Assembly: GCA_002429325.1 (NCBI GenBank) | Contig: DIZH01000006.1 | Span: 1-50,243 of the forward strand | Source of the DNA: Patescibacteria group bacterium UBA6033 | GTDB lineage: Bacteria > Patescibacteriota > Minisyncoccia > Phycocordibacterales > Phycocordibacteraceae | DNA: 50,243 bases | Direction of reading: 5' to 3' | In this document: positions 37,467 through 47,504 of the stretch, one piece after another | Numbering within the stretch: position 1 is the first letter of the stretch | How the letters are laid out: each line of letters opens with the position of its first letter | The notes under the pieces: generated by a model | The model's input: the letters and a program-made list of their open reading frames with translations, nothing else | Database searches by the model: none | What the model was told of the DNA's origin: nothing | Position numbers and translations under genes: made by a program

Positions 37467-39056
37467 CTAACTTTTATCTTTGTGCATACGCCGCACATGG
37501 CGTCGCGATGGTGGCGTTGGTTCAGTCATGCCGAGTGCATTTCTGATATGCCGCCGTGCAAGCGATGTCCGCACGATTTCAAGCCACTTTGCTGATGGGT
37601 GCGCTGAATCTTTTCGTATAATCTCGACAACGTCGCCGTTGCCTAGATTTGTCTCAAATGACACGAGTTTGCCATTTACTTTTGCGCCCTGCAAATGGTC
37701 GCCAAGATCGCTGTGTATCGCATAGGCGAAGTCGATTGGCGTTGAAGTAGCGGGGAGATCGATAACGTCGCCTTGTGGCGTAAATACGAATACACGATGC
37801 GAGAAGAAATCCTCTTTCAATCCTTCCACGAATTCTTCAGAGCCGCCAATATCCGCGTGGGCTTCAGCAAGTTCAGCGAGCCAGAGCGGAACGGTTGTTT
37901 TGCCCCTAGTCTCATCGTTGTCCTTTGTTACTTTCATGAGTGATGGGATAAGTGAGCGCCACGAAAATGAGAGGGCCGAGAACCTGCTCTTCTGGATTCC
38001 CTTATCAAGCTTCTCGATATTTTTTCCTAGCTGCTTGTAGGACATGTGCGAGGCAATACCGAATTGAGCATGGCGATGCATCTCCTCGTCGCGGATTTGT
38101 ATCTCGACGATGCCTGCTTCCGGTGTGACGACAGTCGTGTGGAGGGACTGGTAGCCGTTCGGTTTAGGGAATGCGATGTAATCCTTAAACTCTCCCGGAA
38201 GCGGGCGGTAGAGAGAATGGACGATGCCAAGCGTCGTATAACAATCTTCAACCGTAGGCACGATGATGCGTAGTGCAGCGATATCATGGATGAGACTTAT
38301 GTCGTCATTTTTGCGCTGGAGTTTTTTATGCAAACTCCAAAGCCCTTTCATGCGAATATCGGTGCGGAAAGTCGTCAGTCCTTTCTTAGCGAGCTCTTGC
38401 TTCAATGTCTTCTGCACCTGCGCTAGCCCATCTTCGGTTTCTTTTGTTTTCAGTTTTCGCACTTCAGCAGTGTGCTGTGCAGCATCTGGGTCGACATAGG
38501 GAAACGCCAAGTCTTCAAGAGTGCGTTTCATTCTGCCCATGCCAAGACGGTCAGCGATAGGTGCATAGATTTCAAGGGTCTCGAGCGCGATGCGGCGACG
38601 TTTGTTTTCTGGCACATGTTCGAGCGTCTGCATGTTGTGGAAGCGGTCAGCAAGCTTTACGATGAGTACCCGAATATCGCTCGCCGTGGCGACGAGCAGT
38701 CGGCGCAAGCTCTCCGCATGGCGCTCGGCACCGCGGTATTTATGCGTGCCGAGCTTGGTGACACCGTCGACAATGAAAAGTATTTCCTTGCCGAATTCTT
38801 TCTCTATCTCTTCTCTTGATATACGTCCATCCTCAATGGCATCGTGGAGTAGTCCAGCAGCGATTGTCGTCGCATCCATGCCGTATTCAGCAAGAACTTT
38901 TGCGGTTGCCGCGGCATGGACGAAGTAGGGCTCGCCCGAGTATCGGGTCTGTCCCTCGTGTGCTTTCTTTGAAAGTTCGTAAGCTTTTTCGACAAGAGCA
39001 ACATCCTCCTTCGAGGCTGCAGTCATCGCGCCAACGATATCTTTCACGGGCGTCAT
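37467..39056 (-). CDS. RelA/SpoT family (p)ppGpp synthetase/hydrolase (HD + SYNTH + TGS)
   Basis: R.SGEPYFVH, LLHD, KLADRFHN, KPNGYQSLHT, EIQIR, TGS FAYAIHS. Confidence 0.95.
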   Translation of the reverse strand: MTPVKDIVGAMTAASKEDVALVEKAYELSKKAHEGQTRYSGEPYFVHAAATAKVLAEYGMDATTIAAGLLHDAIEDGRISREEIEKEFGKEILFIVDGVTKLGTHKYRGAERHAESLRRLLVATASDIRVLIVKLADRFHNMQTLEHVPENKRRRIALETLEIYAPIADRLGMGRMKRTLEDLAFPYVDPDAAQHTAEVRKLKTKETEDGLAQVQKTLKQELAKKGLTTFRTDIRMKGLWSLHKKLQRKNDDISLIHDIAALRIIVPTVEDCYTTLGIVHSLYRPLPGEFKDYIAFPKPNGYQSLHTTVVTPEAGIVEIQIRDEEMHRHAQFGIASHMSYKQLGKNIEKLDKGIQKSRFSALSFSWRSLIPSLMKVTKDNDETRGKTTVPLWLAELAEAHADIGGSEEFVEGLKEDFFSHRVFVFTPQGDVIDLPATSTPIDFAYAIHSDLGDHLQGAKVNGKLVSFETNLGNGDVVEIIRKDSAHPSAKWLEIVRTSLARRHIRNALGMTEPTPPSRRHVRRMHKDKS

Positions 39057-39098
39057 AGGTGTGTACTATACACCTACTCTCTTATTTTTGTATGTTGA

Positions 39099-41522
39099 TT
39101 ATGCCAAATACTCAGCTGCTTCTGCGGGGGTTAGTGCATCCGACTTTACTGAATCAGGGAGATAGATGCGACGCAATCCTTTCTTCAAAAAGAGCCCCTG
39201 CTTTGATTTGTAGAGTACGAGATTTTTCCCCGTGCGTGGATGCTTGCCAATCTCTTTCACGATGTCGACGCCGCGCGGCGGCTTCTTCGGTTCGGCAAGA
39301 AGCGCGAGCGCTGCGTCGAGTGTGATGGTATATGGATCGCCGACAGCTACTTTGAGCGAGCGGAATTCTCCATCACTTCCGACATACGGTCCGAAACGTC
39401 CGGTCGATGCGAACACTGCTTTACCAGTGGAGGGGTGCATACCAAGCTCTCGCGGGAGCGAGAGATACCGAAGCGCATCAGCGAGTGTGATGGTGGCGAG
39501 ATCGGTGCCAGCTGGAATGCTTGCGCGCTTGCCAGCTTTCTTCGGGCGACCTTTTGTCTTCTTTGCAGCTTTCTTCGCCGGCTTCTTCCTTTTCCCTTTC
39601 ACGTCCACAATCTGCTCGACAGGGATTTCGATTTCTACAGTCGGTTCCTCTGGCAGGGACATCTCGACGTAGGGGCCGAACCGTCCGGTCTTTATGAAAA
39701 TCGGCGCTCCGGTCACTGGGTCGTACCCGATAGGCTCATCGTCTTTGAGTTCGACACCTTCTTCGGTGCGTGCGCCCATACAGTCGGGATAACGTTTACA
39801 GCTCATGAAAACGCCGCCGCGGCCGAGCTTAAATTCCATCGGACTGCCGCATATTGTACAAGGGAATTCTGCTGGTGCATCGCCGAGACCAGTCGCTTTT
39901 GGAAGCTTGTCTTTGGCACGCACCGCTTTCTCAAACGGGCCATAGAATTCTGTAAGCGTTTCGGTATAGCCGCGTTCACCACGTGCTATTTCGTCGAGTT
40001 CATTCTCCATTTCTGCGGTAAATGAGTCGCTGATGTACTCAGGGAAATGCTGTTCAAGCCATCCAGACACAACCATGCCAGTGGCGGTTGGCTTGAGTGC
40101 TCGTGCAAGTTTCTCTACATAACCTCGATCTTGGATGGTCTTCATGATAGACGCATAGGTCGATGGTCGGCCGATGCCGCGCTTCTCAAGTTCTTTGATG
40201 AGTCCTGCTTCTGTGTAGCGATTCGGCGGTTCGGTCTGCTTCTCGTCGGCGCCAAGCGAAAGCAAGGTGAGAGGGTCGCCGCTTGCGAGTTTAGGAAGTT
40301 CGACATCTTCGCCGCGCGCTTTCGTATCGAGTGCGAGCCATCCGGGGAAGAGCATGCGCGAGCCATTGGCGGTGAAGAGAGGAATGTTCGCATCTGCTTT
40401 TGCAGAGACGGTCGTGCGCATAATCTTCGCACTTGCCATTTGCGATGCGAGCGTGCGCGTGCGGATGAGGTCATAAAGTTGTTCCTCGTCAGGCGTGTTG
40501 CCGGCGCGTGCTCGACTGGGTTCCGTAGGGCGCACAGCTTCGTGTGCTTCTTGCGCATTCTTGCTCGTGGTCTTGTAAGCGCGCACCATGAGATAGTCCT
40601 TTCCGAACGTGCTTTCTATCACACTCGCCATTTTCGCTACAGCTTCTGCGCCGAGGTTCACTGAGTCGGTTCGCATATAGGTGATATGGCCGGCCTCATA
40701 GAGTTTCTGTGCGGCGCGCATAGCACGAGACGGAGCAAATCCGAGCCGGGTCGAAGCAGCCTGTTGCAATGTAGATGTAGTGAATGGTGGACGAGGATTG
40801 CGTTCCTCAGCTTTCTCAACGACGGCAGCGACGCTCCAAGCGGCACTTCTGCCGGCCTGCACGATACGGTCTGCCTCCTCCTTTGTTGCAGGCTGTTCCG
40901 TGCACGTGGTCGCGATGTCGCCCGACTTTGATTTGAAGAGTGCGTTCAGTACAAAATAGGTGACGGGAATGAATGAAGTTATTTCGCGCTCGCGTTCCGC
41001 GAGGATGCGCAATGCTGGCGACTGCACCCGCCCGGCAGAAAGTCCGTACCGTACTTTCTTCCAAATAAGACCCGAGAGGTCGTAACCGACGATGCGGTCG
41101 AGAACGCGCCGCGCTTCTTGTGCGCGACGCAAATGCTCATCAATGGCGCGTGGGTGCGCCAAAGCCTCCTCGATAGCCGCTTTCGTAATCTCATGGAAGA
41201 CGACGCGCTGCGGTTTTTTGAGCCCGGCAACCTCTTTAATGTGCCAGGCGATTGCTTCTCCTTCGCGGTCAGGGTCGGTTGCGAGATAGATCTCGCTGGC
41301 CTTTGCTGCGGCGCGTTCTATCTTCTCGATGACCTCGCGTTTCTCAGCAGGAATCACATAGTGGGGGATAAAGCCACCTTCGATATCAACGGCATCTTTG
41401 TTCGATTTAGGGAGATCGCGGACGTGGCCGACCGAAGCAAGAACCGTATAGTCCTTGCCGAGATATCCTTGGATAGTGCGCGCCTTGGTCGGCGACTCCA
41501 CGATAAGTAATCGGTTACCCAT
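39099..41522 (-). CDS. topA: DNA topoisomerase I
   Basis: IVESPTKA, ATDPDREGE, SAGRVQS, ITYMRTDS, GIGRPSTY, C-terminal GRFGPY repeats. Confidence 0.97.
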   Translation of the reverse strand: MGNRLLIVESPTKARTIQGYLGKDYTVLASVGHVRDLPKSNKDAVDIEGGFIPHYVIPAEKREVIEKIERAAAKASEIYLATDPDREGEAIAWHIKEVAGLKKPQRVVFHEITKAAIEEALAHPRAIDEHLRRAQEARRVLDRIVGYDLSGLIWKKVRYGLSAGRVQSPALRILAEREREITSFIPVTYFVLNALFKSKSGDIATTCTEQPATKEEADRIVQAGRSAAWSVAAVVEKAEERNPRPPFTTSTLQQAASTRLGFAPSRAMRAAQKLYEAGHITYMRTDSVNLGAEAVAKMASVIESTFGKDYLMVRAYKTTSKNAQEAHEAVRPTEPSRARAGNTPDEEQLYDLIRTRTLASQMASAKIMRTTVSAKADANIPLFTANGSRMLFPGWLALDTKARGEDVELPKLASGDPLTLLSLGADEKQTEPPNRYTEAGLIKELEKRGIGRPSTYASIMKTIQDRGYVEKLARALKPTATGMVVSGWLEQHFPEYISDSFTAEMENELDEIARGERGYTETLTEFYGPFEKAVRAKDKLPKATGLGDAPAEFPCTICGSPMEFKLGRGGVFMSCKRYPDCMGARTEEGVELKDDEPIGYDPVTGAPIFIKTGRFGPYVEMSLPEEPTVEIEIPVEQIVDVKGKRKKPAKKAAKKTKGRPKKAGKRASIPAGTDLATITLADALRYLSLPRELGMHPSTGKAVFASTGRFGPYVGSDGEFRSLKVAVGDPYTITLDAALALLAEPKKPPRGVDIVKEIGKHPRTGKNLVLYKSKQGLFLKKGLRRIYLPDSVKSDALTPAEAAEYLA

Positions 41523-41564
41523 CCTTCACTCTTAGCGCGTATACCTATATATGGTCAAGTCCTG

Positions 41565-42338
41565 CTATGCGACTTCGGCGCGTATGGGATGGTGATCTGA
41601 ACCAATACTGTCGGGAAGAACCTCTGCTTTTTTTATCGAAAATGTGTGCGAGACGAGGATATGATCGAGTTGGGAACGCGAGAGAGAATGTGTGGTGGTA
41701 CCGCGGAGCGGGTTGGCGAGCGAGTGCTCGACGAACCGTTGTTCAATATGCATGCGCTCACGTTTGTATCGCAGGGCGTCTCCTATCTTTCCGCCCATAA
41801 GCCAATTGAGGACAGATATGTGAGGCATCTCAAGAATATTGAAATCACCGCACACTATGGTCGGACGCGTGGTGTCATGCCCGACCATTGCCTGCTCAAA
41901 TTCTTTGAGTCGCTGGGCAGGATAGGTAAGAGCGAGATGGAGATTAAAAACGCGAAGCGTAGTGTCGTGGACTGCAATATCGACATAGAGGCCTCCGCGA
42001 CTACGCATTGGAGAAAAATGGAACGGCCGCATCAGAAAGACGAACAGACGCGTCAAAAGCGGAAGCTCTGACCAATAGTCCTTAAAAGGTATATCGCTCT
42101 GTGCCGTGATTGGATGCCTTGAAAGAATGACATTGAACATCGGCACGATGGCGGAGGGAAATACTTTTTCTGTATCTATGCGAAAGGCGATCGAGTAGGG
42201 AAGTGTTTTCAGTTGCGTAAGGAGTGGTTCGGGCACCTCTTGTAAGCAGAAAATATCGAAATCGGTATGAGAAATGAACTCGAACGCGCGTTCGAGTTCC
42301 CGATTCCGATACAACATGTTCCAAGAGTAAATAGTCAT
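41565..42338 (-). CDS. Endonuclease/exonuclease/phosphatase family protein
   Basis: SWN, CLQEV, NLHL, GDFN, LDHI and SDH motifs; ATGA overlap with dprA. Confidence 0.92.
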   Translation of the reverse strand: MTIYSWNMLYRNRELERAFEFISHTDFDIFCLQEVPEPLLTQLKTLPYSIAFRIDTEKVFPSAIVPMFNVILSRHPITAQSDIPFKDYWSELPLLTRLFVFLMRPFHFSPMRSRGGLYVDIAVHDTTLRVFNLHLALTYPAQRLKEFEQAMVGHDTTRPTIVCGDFNILEMPHISVLNWLMGGKIGDALRYKRERMHIEQRFVEHSLANPLRGTTTHSLSRSQLDHILVSHTFSIKKAEVLPDSIGSDHHPIRAEVA

Positions 42339-43216
42339 GATCGATGCCACGCGCCAAACTCTTCTTTGATGAGTCCGCGAAGCTCGAGTGCAACGAGTGC
42401 GGTCAATACGTCGCCCGCATTCTCTGTATTCCCGCGAAGGATTTCATCACGCGTCTTCGGCTCTTCCAGCATACGCCAAATTGAAAGTTCAGCATCTTCG
42501 AGATCATTTGGTGGTTCGCCGCGCGTGGCTGATCCGCCAGCTGGCGGACGCGGCGCTATTTTGAGCGCTTCAAGAATATGTATCGGCTCGGTAACGAGCG
42601 CCGCCCCGAGTCGGATGAACAAATGTGGACCGAACGCATGCGCATCGCCTATCCGGTGCGGGATACAGAGCAGTTCTCGGTTATAATCCGCCGTCAATCG
42701 CGCGGTGATGAGCGTGCCGGATTTCTGTCCTGCCTCGACAATGAGCACTGCATCGCTTAGACCGACCATCAGCCGATTTCGGGAGGGAAATTCTGCCAGC
42801 CACGGTTTGTGCATCGGCTCCTGTTCAGAAAGCAGTGCGCCGCCTGCCGCGAGGATATCTTTCGCGAGACCAAAATTCGTGCGCGGGCTGATGACCGAGT
42901 CATCAAGTCCCGATCCGGGAATGGCGATGGTGTGGAGCCCGGCTCGGAGTGCTGCTTTGTGCGCACAAGCATCGGTGCCGAGTGCGAGACCACTCACGAT
43001 GGATATGGGATACCTGGCGAGGCCGGCAATGAGATTCTCACACGCTTCTTGTCCGTACCGCGACAGTGCTCGTGAACCCACGACTGTCAGTAGTTTTGTT
43101 TCTGGTGGCGGTAGTGTCCCGCGGATCCACAGTCGTTTCGGCAACTGTGGAATTTCTGAGAGTTGAGCGGGCCATTCTCCACGTGGGAATTCGCGTATAC
43201 CTGCCCAGTTAGACAT
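42335..43216 (-). CDS. dprA: DNA-processing protein DprA
   Basis: VVGSR, IVSGLALGTD, FPSRNR, VEAGQKSGTLITA, C-terminal LELRG. Confidence 0.95.
   Translation of the reverse strand: MSNWAGIREFPRGEWPAQLSEIPQLPKRLWIRGTLPPPETKLLTVVGSRALSRYGQEACENLIAGLARYPISIVSGLALGTDACAHKAALRAGLHTIAIPGSGLDDSVISPRTNFGLAKDILAAGGALLSEQEPMHKPWLAEFPSRNRLMVGLSDAVLIVEAGQKSGTLITARLTADYNRELLCIPHRIGDAHAFGPHLFIRLGAALVTEPIHILEALKIAPRPPAGGSATRGEPPNDLEDAELSIWRMLEEPKTRDEILRGNTENAGDVLTALVALELRGLIKEEFGAWHRS
42533..42553. repeat. TCCGCCAGCTGGCGGA palindrome inside dprA
   Basis: 21-mer identical to 48690-48710. Confidence 0.75.
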
Positions 43217-43302
43217 ATGTGGTAAGCGTGCATTGACGCAGGTGGAACCTTGTTTTGTGGAATGGTGAGCAGACACTGATGTATACCAGATGTCTAATGG
43301 GG
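43204..43302. mobile_element. Diverged copy of the CCCCGTTAGA-TIR element at the dprA start
   Basis: Ends are CCCAGTTAGACAT and ATGTCTAATGGGG. Confidence 0.55.
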
Positions 43303-43365
43303 TCCATATACGCAGTATACCCGCTCTGTAACTTCCTAAGAGTTGATATACTAGTGTATATCGTC

Positions 43366-43650
43366 ATGTCAGACATACAGCTCATCGAGGAGGATGAGGA
43401 ATTTCCTCGGCCAGTTGCTACGAATTCGCAACCTCTGTTCGTGCGGCTTGTACTTGCAACTGGCCTTGTGAAAACAGAGGAACAAGCTAACTATGTGCTT
43501 GTAGGCGGGGCATCTCTTCTACTCATACTTGCGTTCTTCATTTGGTATTCCACCTCACCTTCTTCTTCAGCAGGAGTGAATCCACAAAATGCAACACAGC
43601 TCTTTTTGATGAAAGAGCAGTCACAGGAGTGGCAGGCCAAACATCCATGA
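43366..43650 (+). CDS. Hypothetical single-TM protein
   Basis: 94 aa, TGLVKTEEQANYVL plus a TM; ATGA-coupled to the pilin. Confidence 0.7.
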   Translation: MSDIQLIEEDEEFPRPVATNSQPLFVRLVLATGLVKTEEQANYVLVGGASLLLILAFFIWYSTSPSSSAGVNPQNATQLFLMKEQSQEWQAKHP

Positions 43651-44195
43651 TAAAGGCTCGTTCTCGCGGATTCACTCTCATCGAACTTCTCGTCGTCATT
43701 GCTATCATTGGTATTCTCTCATCGGTCGTACTCGCTTCTCTTAATTCTGCACGCGTGAAAGCCCGGGATGCGCGACGTATGAGCGATTTGGAACAGCTGC
43801 AAACCGCACTTGAGCTCTATTATTCAACCAATGGCCATTTTCCGAACGATGGAGTTAGTGGTACGTATGCGGGATGTTGGCAGGGAACGGGAAATTGGAT
43901 TCCGGATGGCGCTAACTATGCTTGGTCAAGTGGATATATTGGGAAACAGCCACAGGACCCAGCCGATATTTGCTGCTGGCCAGAAGGTAATTGTGGATCA
44001 GCCGGCCAACCTGGGACCTATGAGTACTGGAGCAATGGTTCGAAATATCTAATTGCAGCAAGGTTGGAAGACACTTCCAGTCGAAATCGCGCGGAAGTAA
44101 CAGGTGTTATTGATCCAAGGACAAATCAACCCTATGCGACCGGGGCAGCTATTGCGGGGCCCTTGGCAAAGTATGTTTTTGTAATAACCAATTAG
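43647..44195 (+). CDS. Type IV pilin / GspG-like prepilin
   Basis: RGFTLIELLVVIAIIGILSSVVLASL...ARDARRMSD. Confidence 0.93.
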   Translation: MIKARSRGFTLIELLVVIAIIGILSSVVLASLNSARVKARDARRMSDLEQLQTALELYYSTNGHFPNDGVSGTYAGCWQGTGNWIPDGANYAWSSGYIGKQPQDPADICCWPEGNCGSAGQPGTYEYWSNGSKYLIAARLEDTSSRNRAEVTGVIDPRTNQPYATGAAIAGPLAKYVFVITN

Positions 44196-44225
44196 AAATG
44201 GCAATGGTGTATACTTAGCAAGAAT

Positions 44226-45539
44226 ATGCTGGACATACATTTCATTCGGGAGAACCTAGAGTTGGTGAAGGACGCGATTGTTAAGAAGAACGCGGATGTC
44301 GATATTGATCAACTCCTGAAGCTTGACGACGAGCGCAAGCTGATTCGCCAAGAGATCGACGCTAAGAAGGCCGAACAAAATCGTCGCAGCAATGAGATTC
44401 AAATTCTAAAAGATTTCGAGCGTGAGAAGGTGATCGAACAGATGCAGCACTTGAAGGCTGGTATGGCCGAGACCGAGGAAAAGTATCAAGAGCTGCTTGG
44501 TCGATGGACAAAGCTACTTCTCTCGGTCCCAAACATACCCTCGCCCGACACGCCTGTTGGACCAGACGAATCAGGGAATATTGTGGTGCGTAAATGGGGT
44601 GAGCCGCCGGTTTTCGATTTCAAACCAAAAGAGCATTGGGATATTGGCCGCGATCTCGGCATTATCGATACTGAAAAGGCCGGAGAGATTTCTGGCGCGC
44701 GCTTCTCTTATATCAAAGGAGATCTCGCGCTGATGCAGTTTGCACTCATCACGCTCGCGCTCAAGGTGCTCACTTCACGCGAAGAACTCGCTACTATTGC
44801 GGCGAATGCGAAACTGGATGTAGATACGACCCCGTTCATTCCCGTTATCCCGCCAGTGTTTATGCGTAGCGATGTGATGGGACGTATGGCACGGCTCCAG
44901 CCGATTGATGAACGGTATTTTTTTGAGAAGGACGATCTTGTGTTGGTGGGAAGTGCGGAACACACGCTTGGTCCGTTGCATATGAATGAGATGATCGATG
45001 AGACTCGTCTGCCGATCCGCTATGCAGGATATTCGACTGCGTTCCGTCGCGAGGCGGGCGCCGCCGGAAAGGATACGCGTGGCATCTTACGCCAGCACCA
45101 GTTCGATAAGATTGAGCTTGAGAGTTTTGTTAAATCCGCGGATGGATATCACGAGCAGGAATTCTTTGTCGCGATTCAAGAACATCTGATGCAGCTCTTG
45201 AAGCTCCCGTATCAAGTCGTCGCAATTTGCACGGGGGATATGGGAAAGCCTGATCATCGGCAATTTGATATCGAGACCTGGATGCCGGGACAGAACACAT
45301 ATCGCGAGACACAAACCTCTGACTATATGGGAACATACCAAGCGCGGCGACTCAACACGCGCATCAAGGATAAAGAAGGGAATCTGACGCATGCACATAT
45401 GAACGATGCGACCGCGTTTGCTATCGGTCGGACGCTTATCGCGATTATTGAGAATTATCAGCAAGCTGACGGCAGTATAAAAGTACCAGAGGCCCTGGTG
45501 CCCTATGTGGGGAAGAGCGTCATCGGCGGCGCGCGGTAA
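44226..45539 (+). CDS. serS: Serine--tRNA ligase
   Basis: MLDIHFIREN, coiled coil, FRREAG, RQHQFDKIE, DIETWMP, ENYQ. Confidence 0.97.
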   Translation: MLDIHFIRENLELVKDAIVKKNADVDIDQLLKLDDERKLIRQEIDAKKAEQNRRSNEIQILKDFEREKVIEQMQHLKAGMAETEEKYQELLGRWTKLLLSVPNIPSPDTPVGPDESGNIVVRKWGEPPVFDFKPKEHWDIGRDLGIIDTEKAGEISGARFSYIKGDLALMQFALITLALKVLTSREELATIAANAKLDVDTTPFIPVIPPVFMRSDVMGRMARLQPIDERYFFEKDDLVLVGSAEHTLGPLHMNEMIDETRLPIRYAGYSTAFRREAGAAGKDTRGILRQHQFDKIELESFVKSADGYHEQEFFVAIQEHLMQLLKLPYQVVAICTGDMGKPDHRQFDIETWMPGQNTYRETQTSDYMGTYQARRLNTRIKDKEGNLTHAHMNDATAFAIGRTLIAIIENYQQADGSIKVPEALVPYVGKSVIGGAR

Positions 45540-46425
45540 CGACCGCTTTACGGCGCGGCGGCGGCTGCGCCGCCGCCGCGTGTTCATTGCTCTTATTTTT
45601 CTTTCCCTTCTCATCATCGGCGGCGTGCTGTATGTACTACAGCAGAATGAGTTGCGTATTACGCGTGTGCAGATATTTGGAGCGGACCAATCGCTCTCAG
45701 ATATTGCGCTTGCTGCTATGCAGGGAACATACCTTGGTGTCATCCCGCGAGACTCGACATTCTTCTTCCCGGCATCGCGCATCCGTACCGACATTATCGC
45801 GCTTCATCCGGATATTGCCGCAGTCTCTATTTTCCGTAGCGGCCTTACGGGCCTCTCGATACGAATAAATGACCGTGCTCCCATCGCACTCTGGTGCGGC
45901 CTCACTCCTACCTTCATTGCATCGACCACTGAAGCACATGGTTCTAGTGAATACTGCTATGTCTTTGATGCGAGCGGGTTCATTTTTGCCGCCCAGGCAA
46001 CTTCCACAGATACTATAAATAATTTTAAGCTCTATGCGCCGCTCGCCCCGTTAGAGACGCCTGCGCAAGCCAGGACAGGTGTCTCCGACACCTTGTCTCT
46101 AACGGGGCGAGTGGGGGATATACAGGAGCCTCTTCGGGCGACGATCGCGCATGCTGACCAACTTCCTGCAACATTTGACCTCGCGCGACAGCTTGCGACC
46201 TTCGGCTCGCCAGTAGTATCAATCATTGTCCGGGGCGATGAGGTGGACGATATGCTTGGGAGTGGAACACGCGTGACCTACGTGCTTGGCAATGAGAAGA
46301 ATGCATTTACTGCACTTATGTCAGCTCGGCAGAATATGAATCTCGCCGATGGTTCCATAGAATATGTGGACCTGCGTTTCGACGGAAAAGTATATTTAAA
46401 AAAGAATGGAGAAGCACCGAAATAA
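45505..46425 (+). CDS. FtsQ/DivIB-like cell division protein
   Basis: Basic N-terminus, one TM, POTRA-like region, C-terminal EYVDLRFDGKVY. Confidence 0.7.
   Translation: MWGRASSAARGNDRFTARRRLRRRRVFIALIFLSLLIIGGVLYVLQQNELRITRVQIFGADQSLSDIALAAMQGTYLGVIPRDSTFFFPASRIRTDIIALHPDIAAVSIFRSGLTGLSIRINDRAPIALWCGLTPTFIASTTEAHGSSEYCYVFDASGFIFAAQATSTDTINNFKLYAPLAPLETPAQARTGVSDTLSLTGRVGDIQEPLRATIAHADQLPATFDLARQLATFGSPVVSIIVRGDEVDDMLGSGTRVTYVLGNEKNAFTALMSARQNMNLADGSIEYVDLRFDGKVYLKKNGEAPK
46046..46107. mobile_element. 62-bp CCCCGTTAGAGAC-TIR element inside the ftsQ-like gene
   Basis: 13-bp TIRs; near-identical inverted copy at 46608-46669. Confidence 0.8.
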
Positions 46426-46446
46426 TGGGAGAAGTGGTAGTGTAAT

Positions 46447-47499
46447 TTGATGCAATCGTTTTGGAACAGTCTCAAGAAACCTTTTTTCGTCATGGCGCCC
46501 ATGGCCGACGTCACTGACGTCGCCTTTCGTTCGCTCGTGGCGAAGTTCGGCGCGCCTGACGTGTTCTGGACGGAGTTCGTCTCGGCGGATGGCTTGTACC
46601 ACACTCGCCCCGTTAGAGACAAGGCATCTCCGATGTCTGGCCTGGCTTGCGCAGGCGTCTCTAACGGGACGAGTGAGATGAAATTGAGCGAGGGACACAA
46701 GTCTCTTCTTCGAGACTTGCAGTTTGAAAAGAACCAGCATCCAATTGTCGCGCAAATATTTTCCTCTCAACCGGAGATGATTATCTATACAACCAAGCTC
46801 GTGGCCGAGCTTGGTTTCGACGGTGTCGACATTAATATGGGCTGTCCCGACCGCACTATCGAGAAACAGGGTTGTGGCTCCGCGATGATCAAGACTCCGA
46901 AGCTTGCCGTGGAAATTATTCGCGCTGCACAAGAGGCAAGCAATCTCCCAGTCTCGGTGAAAACGCGTGTCGGTTATAACAAAGAGTCACTCGATGAATG
47001 GCTGACTGCGCTTCTTGAAGCGAATCCGGCCGCCATTACTCTCCACCTGCGGACACGCAAGCAGATGTCACTTGTGCCCGCTGATTGGGAACTGATGAAG
47101 AAAGCAGTCGAGATACGGAACCGAATAAATCCGAACGTGCTCCTCATCGGCAATGGTGATGTACAGGATATGGACGATGCGCGGAAGAAAGTTGCAGAAT
47201 CGGGCTGCGATGGCGCCATGATAGGTCGCGGCATGTTCGGGAACCCATGGGTCTTTGCAGGGCGAAAGTCATTAGACGTGCCGCTCGCCGAGAAGCTCGC
47301 GGCGCTTATCGAACTCGCACACGGCTTCGAGAAGATATCGCCGCCCAAGAATTTCTCGGTATTGAAAAAGCATATTAAAGCGTTCGTCACTGGCTTCGAC
47401 AGGGCAGCCGAATTGCGCGGCAAGCTCATGGAATGTGAAAATGCGGCCGAAATTGAGAAGGTCATCCAAGGGCTTGACAAAAGACAGGGCGGGGTATAG
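46447..47499 (+). CDS. dus: tRNA-dihydrouridine synthase
   Basis: MAPMADVTD, TEFVS, DINMGCP, VSVKTR, LHLRT, GNGD, MIGRG..GNPW. Confidence 0.95.
   Translation: MMQSFWNSLKKPFFVMAPMADVTDVAFRSLVAKFGAPDVFWTEFVSADGLYHTRPVRDKASPMSGLACAGVSNGTSEMKLSEGHKSLLRDLQFEKNQHPIVAQIFSSQPEMIIYTTKLVAELGFDGVDINMGCPDRTIEKQGCGSAMIKTPKLAVEIIRAAQEASNLPVSVKTRVGYNKESLDEWLTALLEANPAAITLHLRTRKQMSLVPADWELMKKAVEIRNRINPNVLLIGNGDVQDMDDARKKVAESGCDGAMIGRGMFGNPWVFAGRKSLDVPLAEKLAALIELAHGFEKISPPKNFSVLKKHIKAFVTGFDRAAELRGKLMECENAAEIEKVIQGLDKRQGGV
46608..46669. mobile_element. 62-bp CCCCGTTAGAGAC-TIR element inside dus
   Basis: TIRs present; inverted relative to 46046-46107. Confidence 0.8.
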
Positions 47500-47502
47500 T
47501 AT
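47474..47502 (+). promoter_or_regulatory. Promoter TTGACA-N17-TAGTAT for the downstream ncRNA
   Basis: Perfect -35 box at 47474-47479 and -10 box at 47497-47502. Confidence 0.75.
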
Positions 47503-47504
47503 GT

